DNA of 47,795 bases. Source: Candidatus Micrarchaeota archaeon (GTDB taxonomy: Archaea; Micrarchaeota; Micrarchaeia; Anstonellales; Bilamarchaeaceae). A program made the position numbers and the translations under genes. The stretch is taken from the NCBI GenBank assembly GCA_018304385.1, contig JAGVWJ010000009.1:1-47795 (forward strand). Direction: 5' to 3'. The notes under the pieces are model-generated. The model did no database searches. It had not been told where the DNA came from and worked only from the letters and a program-made list of their open reading frames with translations. Shown here piece after piece: positions 1 to 9,437 of the stretch (position 1 is its first letter; each line of letters opens with the position of its first letter).

Positions 1-733
1 ATATCTTTATCTTTTAGAAGTTCACTAGCAATTCTTATTGCCTCATCAAACTTTTCTTGCTTTGCAGCTTCTCTTGCAGCATTTTTTGCTTCATTTTTAC
101 CACCAATCTCTACATAAATGCTTGCAGCTAAAAAGAAACTTCCTTCAGCTAGATAATGCTCTGCAGCATCTACCTTTAATGCCCTTGCTTGCTCAGCTTC
201 TGCTGCTGCAGCCTGTTCAACTAATTTTCTGCGTACCCATCCTTTAACTGCCTCTAATGTTTTTGCATCGAATTTCCCCAAATGCTTATGCTCTGTGTAA
301 TAGGAATCGGGACCCAAGTTCTTTTGTAATGCAGCAATAGATGCTGCTGTTCTATCTGTGTTTTTACCAATAAGATTACCTGGAATATTAAATTTTCTAT
401 CTAAAACTCCTTCTTCAACAAATGCATTAACAATACGATGAACGCGTGCCAAATTTTCATTTGCTTCATGTCTTTCACCAGCAGGAATCTGCATTACAAA
501 ATTAATTGGTAAATTAAATAATCTGTCTCTTTTTTCTGCTAACCTAGTGGACTCCGAGTCTATTATTGCTACTGGTGCAAGCTGCGCTACAGCAGCAGTA
601 GCTGCAACCTGTGCTAAGAAAGCTGAATTTGCCATTGCATGTGCCTCTAAAGCCAGCGGCTGCTGGCCAAGGAAAAATTTCCTACTAGTGCCAGTGCGGT
701 TGAACCTTTTGATTTCCTTTTTAATACACCCAT
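1..733 (-). CDS. Partial (runs off window start) protein with peptidoglycan-binding-like (PG_binding_1-type) motif followed by TPR-like helices
   Basis: Not in ORF track. Manual translation from ATG at 733 is open to base 1: MGVLKKEIKRFN...LARVHRIVNAFVEEG...GKNTDRTAASIAALQKNLG...LGKFDAKTLEAVKGW...HYLAEGSFFLAASIYVEIGGKNEAKNAAREAAKQEKFDEAIRIA. In-frame TAA lies 10 codons upstream of the ATG. Confidence 0.75.
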
Positions 734-876
734 TCTATAAAGATGGCCTTCAGCTTTGGATTATTATCTATTGCCTTTTGCAGTAAACCTTACTTATCAA
801 AAATGATAATTAAGGTTGATTGTATATTTTCAAAGGTGTGATTTATCCATCCACTGCCATTTACCAAAACGATACA

Positions 877-942
877 TTTAAATACTTATTCTACCATAAT
901 TAATCTTAATTAAAAACAACTAACACTATCGATCGAGAGGTG
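877..942 (+). promoter_or_regulatory. TATA box (TTTAAATA, 877-884) and Shine-Dalgarno GAGGTG (937-942) for the 951 gene run
   Basis: Motifs read directly in the AT-rich divergent intergenic region 734-950; SD is 8 nt before ATG 951. Confidence 0.55.
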
Positions 943-950
943 TATTTTAT

Positions 951-3476
951 ATGGGAGACAGAGCAGGTGTTCAAAAAGGACCAAAACAATTGGCTTTTAG
1001 TTTTGCTGAAAAAGGCCAAGAAGCTGGAGGTCCATTGGGAAGAGTTTTAGGTCAAGGTGTTGATGTATTACATGAAAGCGTAGCTGCTGTTCATGACGCT
1101 GTGCGCGAAGAAGGTGCAGCAGTCGCAAGATTAATGACTTCTTTTACAGGAGAAATGGGTGGGCTTGCAAGAAATTTAGGCGCAGCAAAAGATGCATTGG
1201 ATGCATTAAAATCTGAAGTTTCTAGTGGCAATAGTGCACTCAGTGAACAATTAGGTGGATTAGCAACACGCATTAGCGAAGTGCAAGCTGGTTTAGAAAG
1301 GGCAGTAACAAGTTCTTTTGAAGCTGCAGCTAGGGCTAATGCAGAATCGATTAGTGCAAGTGAGGGAAGAATTAATGCTGCTGTTGGAGATAGTAAAACT
1401 GCTGTTGTAGAAGGCGAGGCACGATTAAAAGCAAATGTTGATCAAGCACAGGCTGCAGTTATGGGTGCAGTAGAAAGAAAAGCTGGTGAAACAAATGCAG
1501 AAATTGCAAGAGCACTTGCAGCAGTTCAAGCAGTACAAGCAGATGTTAAGGCTGTTTTAAGCGAGTTCACTGATGCAGACAATGGAAAAGTAAACCTATT
1601 AATTGGCGCATTGGTCAGCACATCAGATAAGGTTGATGCTGGATTGGAAAGACTTGATAGCATTAATCGATCATTGGAAGCACAAGCAGTAACATTAGCT
1701 GTTCATACAGAGGCATTAGGCAGAATTGAACGCACTGTTGTTAATGTTGAAACAGTCTCAGGCAGAGTATTATCAGAGTCTAGAGCAGTTCTTGATGAAG
1801 TTGTGACACTAGGAAGACAAGTTGAATTATCAGTAAGACAAGGTGGCGAGGATGTTGCTGCAGTCAAAGCACATGTTGATGCGCAAGTTGCAGGCTTAAA
1901 AGACCATGTTGATGGCGCAGTAACGTTAATGCTTAGCCAGATGCGAGAATTAAAAGCAGCATTGGGCGATGGCTTAGCTGGCGTGATCGCAGCAGTCCAT
2001 GCGGCTAAATTAAAACCAACAGAGGTTGTAGTTTCAGAACAAGCTGCTCCGGTTTTACCAAGACCAATTGTTGGTGAAAAGGGCGGTGAAGAACCGAAAA
2101 TTGGTGAGGCAGTTGTAGTTAAAGCAGCAGGACCTGGTCCCAGTGCAGATGAAATAGCACATATGGAACCAGCTCCTAGCATACATGAAGCTACAATAAG
2201 AGAAGCAGAAGAGAGCAGAGATTTAGCAAGGCTTCATTCATATGCACTTGTACTAATAAGTGGACAAAATAGAGATGATGCAAAACTAGCAATAGATGCA
2301 TTAGAGCGATTAAAAGCAACAGATGTTTTATTTAGCGTTAGACAAAGAAGCACAGATGTGGAGCTTGCAGATCAAGCAAGTGCAGCGTTTGGAAGGGTTG
2401 CTTCTTTAAAAGATCAACTAACATTAATTGGCGATCAAGCGCTAATTGATATGTTCTTACAATCAGATACAGCGCCAGAGAGAAAAGGAGAAATTTTGAA
2501 TTTATTTTTAGAAGAGAGACTAAGAACACCAATTTTAGATATTTATAGGAGAGTAGAGAGAGATGACAAACAAAGCGTAAGGGCTGCTCTTGATAAATTT
2601 GATAGAGATCTCATTGCAGAAGCAAAACAAAAAATAGCGAGTGGTGATTTATCTGGTCATACCGTACTTGTACATTATGGTTCAATGCTTGTTGAAGAAC
2701 AAACTCAAGATAGTGCAAGATTAGCAATGGCCGCATTAGAAGAGCAAAAAGAAGCAGATGCATTAGGTATTGTCGCAAATAATCTTGAACAACAGGGTTA
2801 TCCAGAACTTGAGCTATTAGCAAGAGAGGCAATTGAAAGATTAACACCTGAAAGAACAGTTGTAACAAGAGCTGTTGTCACTGAAGCTGCACGTACAGAA
2901 GTTCCAGCTTCAACATATGATGCAGATGCATTGCTCGTTAGATTAAAGGATAAATCAGATCCAAGTGAACTTCAGCGTGCTATAGATGTTGCTGGCGAGT
3001 ATTTAGCAGTAGAATCAATTCCAGATTTATTAGACTGGGTTGTTTATGCAGCAGTATTTAGACCAAGTGACGAAAGAGGAAAGGCATTGCAAGGAAATGA
3101 GGCAATGATATCCGGTAAGGCAATTAGTGCATTAGAAAAAATAGGTTATGCAAAAAATGAAAACGCAGAAGCAATTTGCAGACAGGTATTAGAAAAATTA
3201 AGAAGCACACACGCAGCAGGATTTTTGGATAAAAATGCATTCCAGCTAATAAATGCAAAACCACTTGTACGCTTAACAATAAACTTTAGTAAGCTATTAT
3301 CAAAGGATTTAACAGCGCAAGTAAGGGCAGAACTAGAATTTTTAAGAGGAAAACTAAGAGAGGAAGATGCAGCAGGAAGTCAAACACGAGTTATTCTCAG
3401 AGATGCAGTTACTGTATACAGTGATATAGAAGAGGCGCTTGCTGCATTGCCAAAAAATGGCCGTAAGAAGAAGTAG
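951..3476 (+). CDS. 841 aa hypothetical protein: N-terminal Ala/Val-rich coiled-coil/helical bundle, Pro-rich linker, HEAT-like solenoid
   Basis: Long ORF with SD. The first ~350 aa are amphipathic heptad-like; linker KPTEVVVSEQAAPVLPRP; downstream helical repeats (DAKLAIDALERL, ARLAMAALEE, KAISALEKIG). Confidence 0.8.
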   Translation: MGDRAGVQKGPKQLAFSFAEKGQEAGGPLGRVLGQGVDVLHESVAAVHDAVREEGAAVARLMTSFTGEMGGLARNLGAAKDALDALKSEVSSGNSALSEQLGGLATRISEVQAGLERAVTSSFEAAARANAESISASEGRINAAVGDSKTAVVEGEARLKANVDQAQAAVMGAVERKAGETNAEIARALAAVQAVQADVKAVLSEFTDADNGKVNLLIGALVSTSDKVDAGLERLDSINRSLEAQAVTLAVHTEALGRIERTVVNVETVSGRVLSESRAVLDEVVTLGRQVELSVRQGGEDVAAVKAHVDAQVAGLKDHVDGAVTLMLSQMRELKAALGDGLAGVIAAVHAAKLKPTEVVVSEQAAPVLPRPIVGEKGGEEPKIGEAVVVKAAGPGPSADEIAHMEPAPSIHEATIREAEESRDLARLHSYALVLISGQNRDDAKLAIDALERLKATDVLFSVRQRSTDVELADQASAAFGRVASLKDQLTLIGDQALIDMFLQSDTAPERKGEILNLFLEERLRTPILDIYRRVERDDKQSVRAALDKFDRDLIAEAKQKIASGDLSGHTVLVHYGSMLVEEQTQDSARLAMAALEEQKEADALGIVANNLEQQGYPELELLAREAIERLTPERTVVTRAVVTEAARTEVPASTYDADALLVRLKDKSDPSELQRAIDVAGEYLAVESIPDLLDWVVYAAVFRPSDERGKALQGNEAMISGKAISALEKIGYAKNENAEAICRQVLEKLRSTHAAGFLDKNAFQLINAKPLVRLTINFSKLLSKDLTAQVRAELEFLRGKLREEDAAGSQTRVILRDAVTVYSDIEEALAALPKNGRKKK

Positions 3477-3490
3477 TATGAGGAATTCCC

Positions 3491-6400
3491 ATGGCAGAAG
3501 ATCCAATTGCAAGATTAAGGCAGCTTCGCGCTGCGCAAACTGAAGACCCACTTGCAAAACTTAGAAGACTTGCAGGAAAAGGCGGAGAAATAGCAGCAGC
3601 AAAGCCTGCTCCAGAACCAGCTGCAGATGTTAAACCACCTGCTAGCGCCCCAGCACTACAGCCAGTTCCTACAGCAGTAACTGAATTAGCACCAACTTAT
3701 AGATATAATGAAAAAAGTGCTGATACACTCTCAACTGAATTACTAAAGGCAATAATCCTAGATATAAATGATCGCAATTTGGGAACAGCATTAAGGGCTG
3801 TTGAAAAAATAGGAAAGTTCGATAAAGGTATTATACTAGTTTTAATAGATCAAATTGAAACAGATCCACGCTTTACTTCTTTGGAAGTCGCAGTAAAGCG
3901 TGCATTAGGAGAATTGAAAGCTGCTAAAGCACCAACTTACAAATATACTAATGACGATATTGCTCTAGCTGTAAGCGAAAAAAACGCAACCTTATTGCAA
4001 GAAATAATTCTTGACAAAGAAAATCGCAGCGAACAAACTGCATTAGCAGCAATTGAGGCATTAAAAACAAACCCACCACCAAAACAGGCATTAGAATTTT
4101 TTCGTGCGCTTGTTGTAGATGCGCGTTACATTAATTTAGAGCAAAATGTACTTGATAGTATTCTTACTGCAAGAGGGGAATTAAGAGCACTTGTACCTCC
4201 ATCAGAGGATACATCACCAAAATACAGATATCCAGAGGTTCAAAGGGCTTTTGGAAAAAAGGATTTGGAACAATTAGAAGGTCTTGTTAGAGAATATAAA
4301 ACTATTACAGATGCAATAGCATTAGAAGCAGTTCATGCACTTGAAGACATTGGTAAATCAGGCGAAATGGAAGCCTTAAGATCATTAAGAAGGCTTAGAA
4401 TGAATAGTCAAATAACGATGAATAGAAATTCAGTTGTTGTTCGAGCAATTGCAGATGCAATGGAAAATATAGTTAAGGCAACCCATTATACTGAAGAAAA
4501 TGTAAGAGAAGCAGTTGAACGTGGAACATTTAGCGCATTATCTTCGATTATTCTTGGAGAAGCAAGGCCAAGAGAAGTTGCAGTAGCACTTGCAGCCATA
4601 AAAGCACTTAAGGAAAATACTCCAATGGATGTTGCACTTAGAGAATTAAGAAAGGTTAGGTCAGATCCGAGCTTTAATGGTTTAGATATAACTGAACGTG
4701 CACATGTTGAATGGGCAATTAGTAATTTAGAAAGAGTTGGTGGAGAACTAGCAGGATTAGTATTAGCTGGTGCAGAAGCAAGAAGAGAAACACATGCAAA
4801 CGTTATCGCAAAGGCAGAAGACTTGAATACATTAGTTGTATATGCGCAAATGGAGATTGAGGGCCAGGGCGAAGCTGATGCAAAACTAGCAATAGATAAA
4901 ATAAAGGGATTGGAAGCATCATTCTTAGATACTGATGCAATATTACTTGAGGTTTCTGAATATCACAAAGGGAAAAATGACGGGCTTGCAGAATATGCAA
5001 GGGCTGCTTATTTAGAAATAACTTCAGTTTCCAATATCTATCAAATGGAAGGCGCAAATGCATTAGTTGATTTATGTTTAAAAGATGAAACTTCAGAAGC
5101 AAGAAAAAGAGAAGTAGTAGAATTTCTTGCTGGGGAAAAAGATCGTGATGCGCTTAAAGATATATATATGAAAACCTTTGGCGCTTTAGAAGAAACAGTA
5201 ACTGCAGCTATAGCAAAGATTGATCTTGAAGGAATAAAAAATGCTGAGGAACGTGCACAGGAAGGCAATACGAATGCATTCGTTGATCTAGCAAATAGTG
5301 CAAGAATGAGTCCGTTCCCATTATCAGAAGATAATGCTAAAGAAGCAATATCTGCATTAGAACGATTGGCAAACGCTAATGTATCAAAAGAAGACATAGT
5401 CTATGAACTAGAGCGTATTGCACGCACTCATAGTAAACATGATCCACCTAGATCAGAACTAGCACGTTTGGCAAGAGAAGCACATACAAGATTATCAGCA
5501 GTTCCAAGTGCTCCAAGAGTCACACAAGAATTAGAAGCAGTAGATATTCTAGATGAAGCGCCCGCAGAAGAAACACCAGCACGATTAAGACCTGCAATTT
5601 CTGATAATCCAATTTATCGAGAGGCATTAGATTTATTAGCACAAGATACTACGCAAGGTGATGCAAGAGCAGAAACTCGCGCGATAAGATTAGAAAGAGA
5701 AGGACATTTTGCTGAAGCAGCTGATATTTGTGAACGATTAGGAAAAAATGATGATGCAGAAAGAATAAGAAGAAATATACCAGAGGCTAAAGTACCAGCA
5801 ATTTCAGATAATCCTACTTATAGAAGAGCATTAGAATTTTTAGCACAAGATACTTCTCGCGATGATTATGAAGCTGGAAGATTAGCCAGACAATTAGAAG
5901 GAGAAGAATTTTTAGCAGAAGCAGCAGATCTTTATGAACGATTAGGAAAAAATGATGATGCAGAAAGAATAAGAAGAAAAATAGGTGTACCAGAAGCAGA
6001 AGTTCCATCACTGGCTCCAGTAGTTGAAAGAGGGCCAACGTTTGGGTCAGGTCCAAGACCAGCAGAAGAGCGGCTGCCTCCTCCACCTTCAGTTATGCCG
6101 CGACCTCCGCCTTGGCAACCAGTAGCTTTACCAGGCATGATACCTCCAAGGACAGAGGCTGGAGAATTTTCAGCTGTTGGATTAGAAGACGAATATGCGC
6201 GTTCAGGTTCTGGCCCATTAGTTAGAAGATTCGGAACTGCAAGCACTGAAGAGCAAACAGCAATTCTTAATTTACTCGCAAGAAGAAAAGATCGTGATGC
6301 ACTTGTAAATTGTGCGCAGCCATTATGGGGAACTGATGGGCAACAATATGAAAATGTAGAGGAAAAACTAGATGAAGTGGATGCAGCAAAACTTACAGGA

Positions 6401-8158
6401 CTAGAGCAACAATATAAAGATGGGAATGCTGATGCACTTGATCATATTGCAACATTTGCTGGCAGAGACTATTATGATTGCATATCCCAAAGAACAAATC
6501 GTTTAGCTATAGAAACATTGGAAAGGTTAGAAGCACTTGAAAAATTACACGCAATTTCAAAATCAGAATATGCAACACCAGTAACCAGTGATAATGCAGA
6601 GGCAGCATTTGGCAGAGTTCTTGAAACAACTATGGCTAGAGTAGAAGCAGATATAAAATCACGTGATGAAGCAAGATTCAAACATGGCACTGCAAGATTA
6701 CGAGAATTGAATCAGCGCTATCCTGGTGCAGTTAGACCATATTTAAATAAAATTTTACTTGACTTCCCTCCTGGGGAAGCAGCATTAATTTCTGCAAAAT
6801 TAGTAACACAAGAGGATATTCAACAGGCTGCAAGAGAGGTTAATACAGAATATTTGGCAGATGTTGCTACAAACAAACATGTTGCAGAAGAACTTAGATA
6901 CAGTGCACTTAGAAGCCTATTTGCAATTGCAGATAGACATTCTAATGAAGATACTAAGGTAAATGCAATATCCGCAATAGGAGCGGTTCTGAAAAAATGC
7001 GATAGCGTTATGTTCGAAGAAGGTTTAACAAATCTAGATCGAATCAAGAATGGATTTACTATAGAAAGAGCCATATTAGATCACTTAGCTTATGTTTTTA
7101 CAGATATTGCAGTAAATGCAACTGTTAACAAAGAGGGAAAAAGACCAAAAATAGTTGAAAACATATATGAAAGTTGCAGGAGTTTCAGAGAAACTGAAAC
7201 TACTGAGCTTGATGTTTTTTCTAGAGCGCTAGCAGGAATAGCAATGGAATATGATTACGCATATGAAAAATTAGAAAGATTATTTACTGATGTAAGAAAT
7301 GTTAACGGAAAAGAGATTATCCTTGTCCATCTTGAGAAAGTATCAGAAAATGCAATAAGCCAAGGTATAAAGGATAAAGCAAATGAATTCCTAGCAACTG
7401 TTTATGAAGGAGAATTAGTACACCTTTTTGAAAGATATCTGCCTAAGAAGGAAAGAGAAAAAGCAAATAGGGAGAATATCTTAAAAAGAAATGTAAATGC
7501 ATGGGCAAAGACAGTTAACCCTGCATATGATCAAGGTCCTTCATTAGTTGAAAGAAAAAACATTCTAATGCAAGCATTGGGGATAGCAATGGAACAAGGA
7601 AATAAAGAGCTACTTATTGAATTGCCAAGCGCTACAGAACATATTAATTCTTCAAATAATGAAACGCGAGCTCAGGCAGCAAAGGAATTTAGAAAAATAG
7701 CAAAAAAAGTTCCAGAAGGATGGAGAGCGGCAATTCAAAACATGCTATTAAAAACTGCAGTTGAAGAGCGCATTGGACCTGTTGCCTTTGAAATGATAAA
7801 AACTATTGGTGTAATAGGCGACTTGGATGCAATTAAAGCATTACCCGAAGTAAAAACACATCACATGGCGCTAGCTTATGAAATTGATAAAGCAATTGAT
7901 AAGATAGAAAAACGATTAACAAGAGAGAATGCAGGTGGAAGCTTTTATAACAAGCCTGCAGCATGGGCAGCATATGCAACTGAAGCAAGCGTATTAGCAG
8001 GAAGTGCATTCGCAACAACAATAAATCCAGTTGTGGGCATTGGACTTGCATTATTAGGTAGTGCTATACCTGCAATAGTATTACGAATAGGAAAAAGAAA
8101 CTATAACGAAAAACACAAACCAGGAAAAGGAAAAGGTGATACTGATGAAGCTGCCTAA
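3491..8158 (+). CDS. 1555 aa HEAT/TPR-like repeat protein with C-terminal membrane anchor
   Basis: Four ~80-95 aa P(T/K)Y(R/K)Y-type repeats, two 68 aa tandem repeats, Pro-rich linker, HEAT-like C-terminal region (ETRAQAAKEFRKI...IKTIGVIGDLDAIKAL), hydrophobic tail VVGIGLALLGSAIPAIVL followed by basic residues. Confidence 0.8.
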   Translation: MAEDPIARLRQLRAAQTEDPLAKLRRLAGKGGEIAAAKPAPEPAADVKPPASAPALQPVPTAVTELAPTYRYNEKSADTLSTELLKAIILDINDRNLGTALRAVEKIGKFDKGIILVLIDQIETDPRFTSLEVAVKRALGELKAAKAPTYKYTNDDIALAVSEKNATLLQEIILDKENRSEQTALAAIEALKTNPPPKQALEFFRALVVDARYINLEQNVLDSILTARGELRALVPPSEDTSPKYRYPEVQRAFGKKDLEQLEGLVREYKTITDAIALEAVHALEDIGKSGEMEALRSLRRLRMNSQITMNRNSVVVRAIADAMENIVKATHYTEENVREAVERGTFSALSSIILGEARPREVAVALAAIKALKENTPMDVALRELRKVRSDPSFNGLDITERAHVEWAISNLERVGGELAGLVLAGAEARRETHANVIAKAEDLNTLVVYAQMEIEGQGEADAKLAIDKIKGLEASFLDTDAILLEVSEYHKGKNDGLAEYARAAYLEITSVSNIYQMEGANALVDLCLKDETSEARKREVVEFLAGEKDRDALKDIYMKTFGALEETVTAAIAKIDLEGIKNAEERAQEGNTNAFVDLANSARMSPFPLSEDNAKEAISALERLANANVSKEDIVYELERIARTHSKHDPPRSELARLAREAHTRLSAVPSAPRVTQELEAVDILDEAPAEETPARLRPAISDNPIYREALDLLAQDTTQGDARAETRAIRLEREGHFAEAADICERLGKNDDAERIRRNIPEAKVPAISDNPTYRRALEFLAQDTSRDDYEAGRLARQLEGEEFLAEAADLYERLGKNDDAERIRRKIGVPEAEVPSLAPVVERGPTFGSGPRPAEERLPPPPSVMPRPPPWQPVALPGMIPPRTEAGEFSAVGLEDEYARSGSGPLVRRFGTASTEEQTAILNLLARRKDRDALVNCAQPLWGTDGQQYENVEEKLDEVDAAKLTGLEQQYKDGNADALDHIATFAGRDYYDCISQRTNRLAIETLERLEALEKLHAISKSEYATPVTSDNAEAAFGRVLETTMARVEADIKSRDEARFKHGTARLRELNQRYPGAVRPYLNKILLDFPPGEAALISAKLVTQEDIQQAAREVNTEYLADVATNKHVAEELRYSALRSLFAIADRHSNEDTKVNAISAIGAVLKKCDSVMFEEGLTNLDRIKNGFTIERAILDHLAYVFTDIAVNATVNKEGKRPKIVENIYESCRSFRETETTELDVFSRALAGIAMEYDYAYEKLERLFTDVRNVNGKEIILVHLEKVSENAISQGIKDKANEFLATVYEGELVHLFERYLPKKEREKANRENILKRNVNAWAKTVNPAYDQGPSLVERKNILMQALGIAMEQGNKELLIELPSATEHINSSNNETRAQAAKEFRKIAKKVPEGWRAAIQNMLLKTAVEERIGPVAFEMIKTIGVIGDLDAIKALPEVKTHHMALAYEIDKAIDKIEKRLTRENAGGSFYNKPAAWAAYATEASVLAGSAFATTINPVVGIGLALLGSAIPAIVLRIGKRNYNEKHKPGKGKGDTDEAA
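5591..5998 (+). repeat. Intragenic tandem duplication, 2 x 204 nt (68 aa)
   Basis: Units start at 5591 and 5795 (PAISDNP); 45 nt exact identity between 5731-5775 and 5935-5979. Confidence 0.95.
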
Positions 8159-9416
8159 ACAAGTTTCATATTTACCAACCAGAGCACGTGGAGTGTTAGT
8201 TGCTACTAATGCGATATTTCTAAGCCTCGGATTACTAAGTATTGCTGCAATGCGTAAACCAGCACCAGATAGAATTGCAGCGCCACAAGCAGTTGTAGTA
8301 ACAGAAGATAATGGACAGCAAGCAAGAGAAACTGCTAAAGATCATGTAGAAAAACTAGAATCAGAAGGTAAATTATACGAGGCTGCCATTGTTTACATTG
8401 AAGCTAATGATATCTCAAATGCAAAAAGATTAGCAGATAAACTAGCTGAAAATGGAGATAAACGAGCAAATGAGATATATGAAAAATTTAGAAGATTAGG
8501 GATACCAACAATTCCAATTCAACCAGCAACAATAGAAGATATGGGTGGACCAACTGCCAGACAAGCAGCAGAGTTTCGCTTACAAGCAAGCAATGCAGAA
8601 AAGAATGGGGATCTTGCAACAGCAGCAACACGATGGTACGCTGCAGGTACACTAGTTGATAAAGCAAATGCAAAAATATGCGCTGATAAATACGCAGATG
8701 AAGCACAAGCAGAAGCAAATCTTACGGTTAAGGCTAGTATGTTGGAAAAAGCAGTTAGCACTTACAGAGCAATAGGTGATGAAGGAAAAGCAGCAGGATT
8801 AGAGATTATACTAGAAACATTAAAGAAAAGCCCAGAATACTTAGAAAATATGGGTAAAAAACTTGAGGCAGCGCACGCTTATTTAGATAAAAAAGATGCT
8901 GCTAATGCCAATAGATTAAGAAATGAACTAGCAGGTAAGGCAAAAACGCGAAAGGATAGAGAAGATGTTGCTGGGTTGGATAGACGCCTTAGCGAATTAG
9001 GTGTACTAATTCCATTACAACCTTGGAATATAGAACCAGACAAAAAACCAAAAGCAACACAGCCAAGGGCTAAACCAGATAGGGTTGAGAGGCCAAAACC
9101 ACCTGAAGAAGTAGCACCACCAGCGCCATTTAATGCAAATGATTATCGTACCAATCAAGCAAAACCAGTTTATGAAAGACCATTGGCTCTTTTATTAACT
9201 AGATATAGAAATGATGGAAAATTCGGAGATGCAACGAGCATTACTATTAGATTTACAATAGGAACAAATGGAAAAGCAAAGAATGCTACTGCTGAATTAA
9301 ATGGTGCAGAACTACCCGATAGATTCCAGGCAGAATTTGAAAGGGCACTTGCACCATTAAGATTTCCAAAACCAGCTGAAGAAGTAGGTGTAACACTACA
9401 ACCAAAACTTAAATAA
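8145..9416 (+). CDS. Membrane-anchored TPR-like protein with Pro/Lys-rich linker and C-terminal TonB-C/AgmX-PglI-like domain
   Basis: Start ATG 8145 after GGTGAT (track start GTG 8136). N-terminal TM VLVATNAIFLSLGLLSIAAM; TPR-like helices; linker PDKKPKATQPRAKPDRVERPKPPEEVAPPAP; C-terminus ITIRFTIGTNGKAKNA...FERALAPLRFPKPAEEVGVTLQPKLK. Confidence 0.65.
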   Translation: MKLPKQVSYLPTRARGVLVATNAIFLSLGLLSIAAMRKPAPDRIAAPQAVVVTEDNGQQARETAKDHVEKLESEGKLYEAAIVYIEANDISNAKRLADKLAENGDKRANEIYEKFRRLGIPTIPIQPATIEDMGGPTARQAAEFRLQASNAEKNGDLATAATRWYAAGTLVDKANAKICADKYADEAQAEANLTVKASMLEKAVSTYRAIGDEGKAAGLEIILETLKKSPEYLENMGKKLEAAHAYLDKKDAANANRLRNELAGKAKTRKDREDVAGLDRRLSELGVLIPLQPWNIEPDKKPKATQPRAKPDRVERPKPPEEVAPPAPFNANDYRTNQAKPVYERPLALLLTRYRNDGKFGDATSITIRFTIGTNGKAKNATAELNGAELPDRFQAEFERALAPLRFPKPAEEVGVTLQPKLK

Positions 9417-9437
9417 GTTCCATGTTAACATCTATTT

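Noticed and set aside
660-733. TSRKFFL as a Tat signal in the minus-strand ORF
   Set aside because: RK rather than RR, and the hydrophobic stretch is displaced by a polar segment; too weak to call.
951-1050. KGQ motif as a class III (pilin) signal peptide, substrate of the A24 peptidase
   Set aside because: Not followed by a hydrophobic helix or the +5 Glu.
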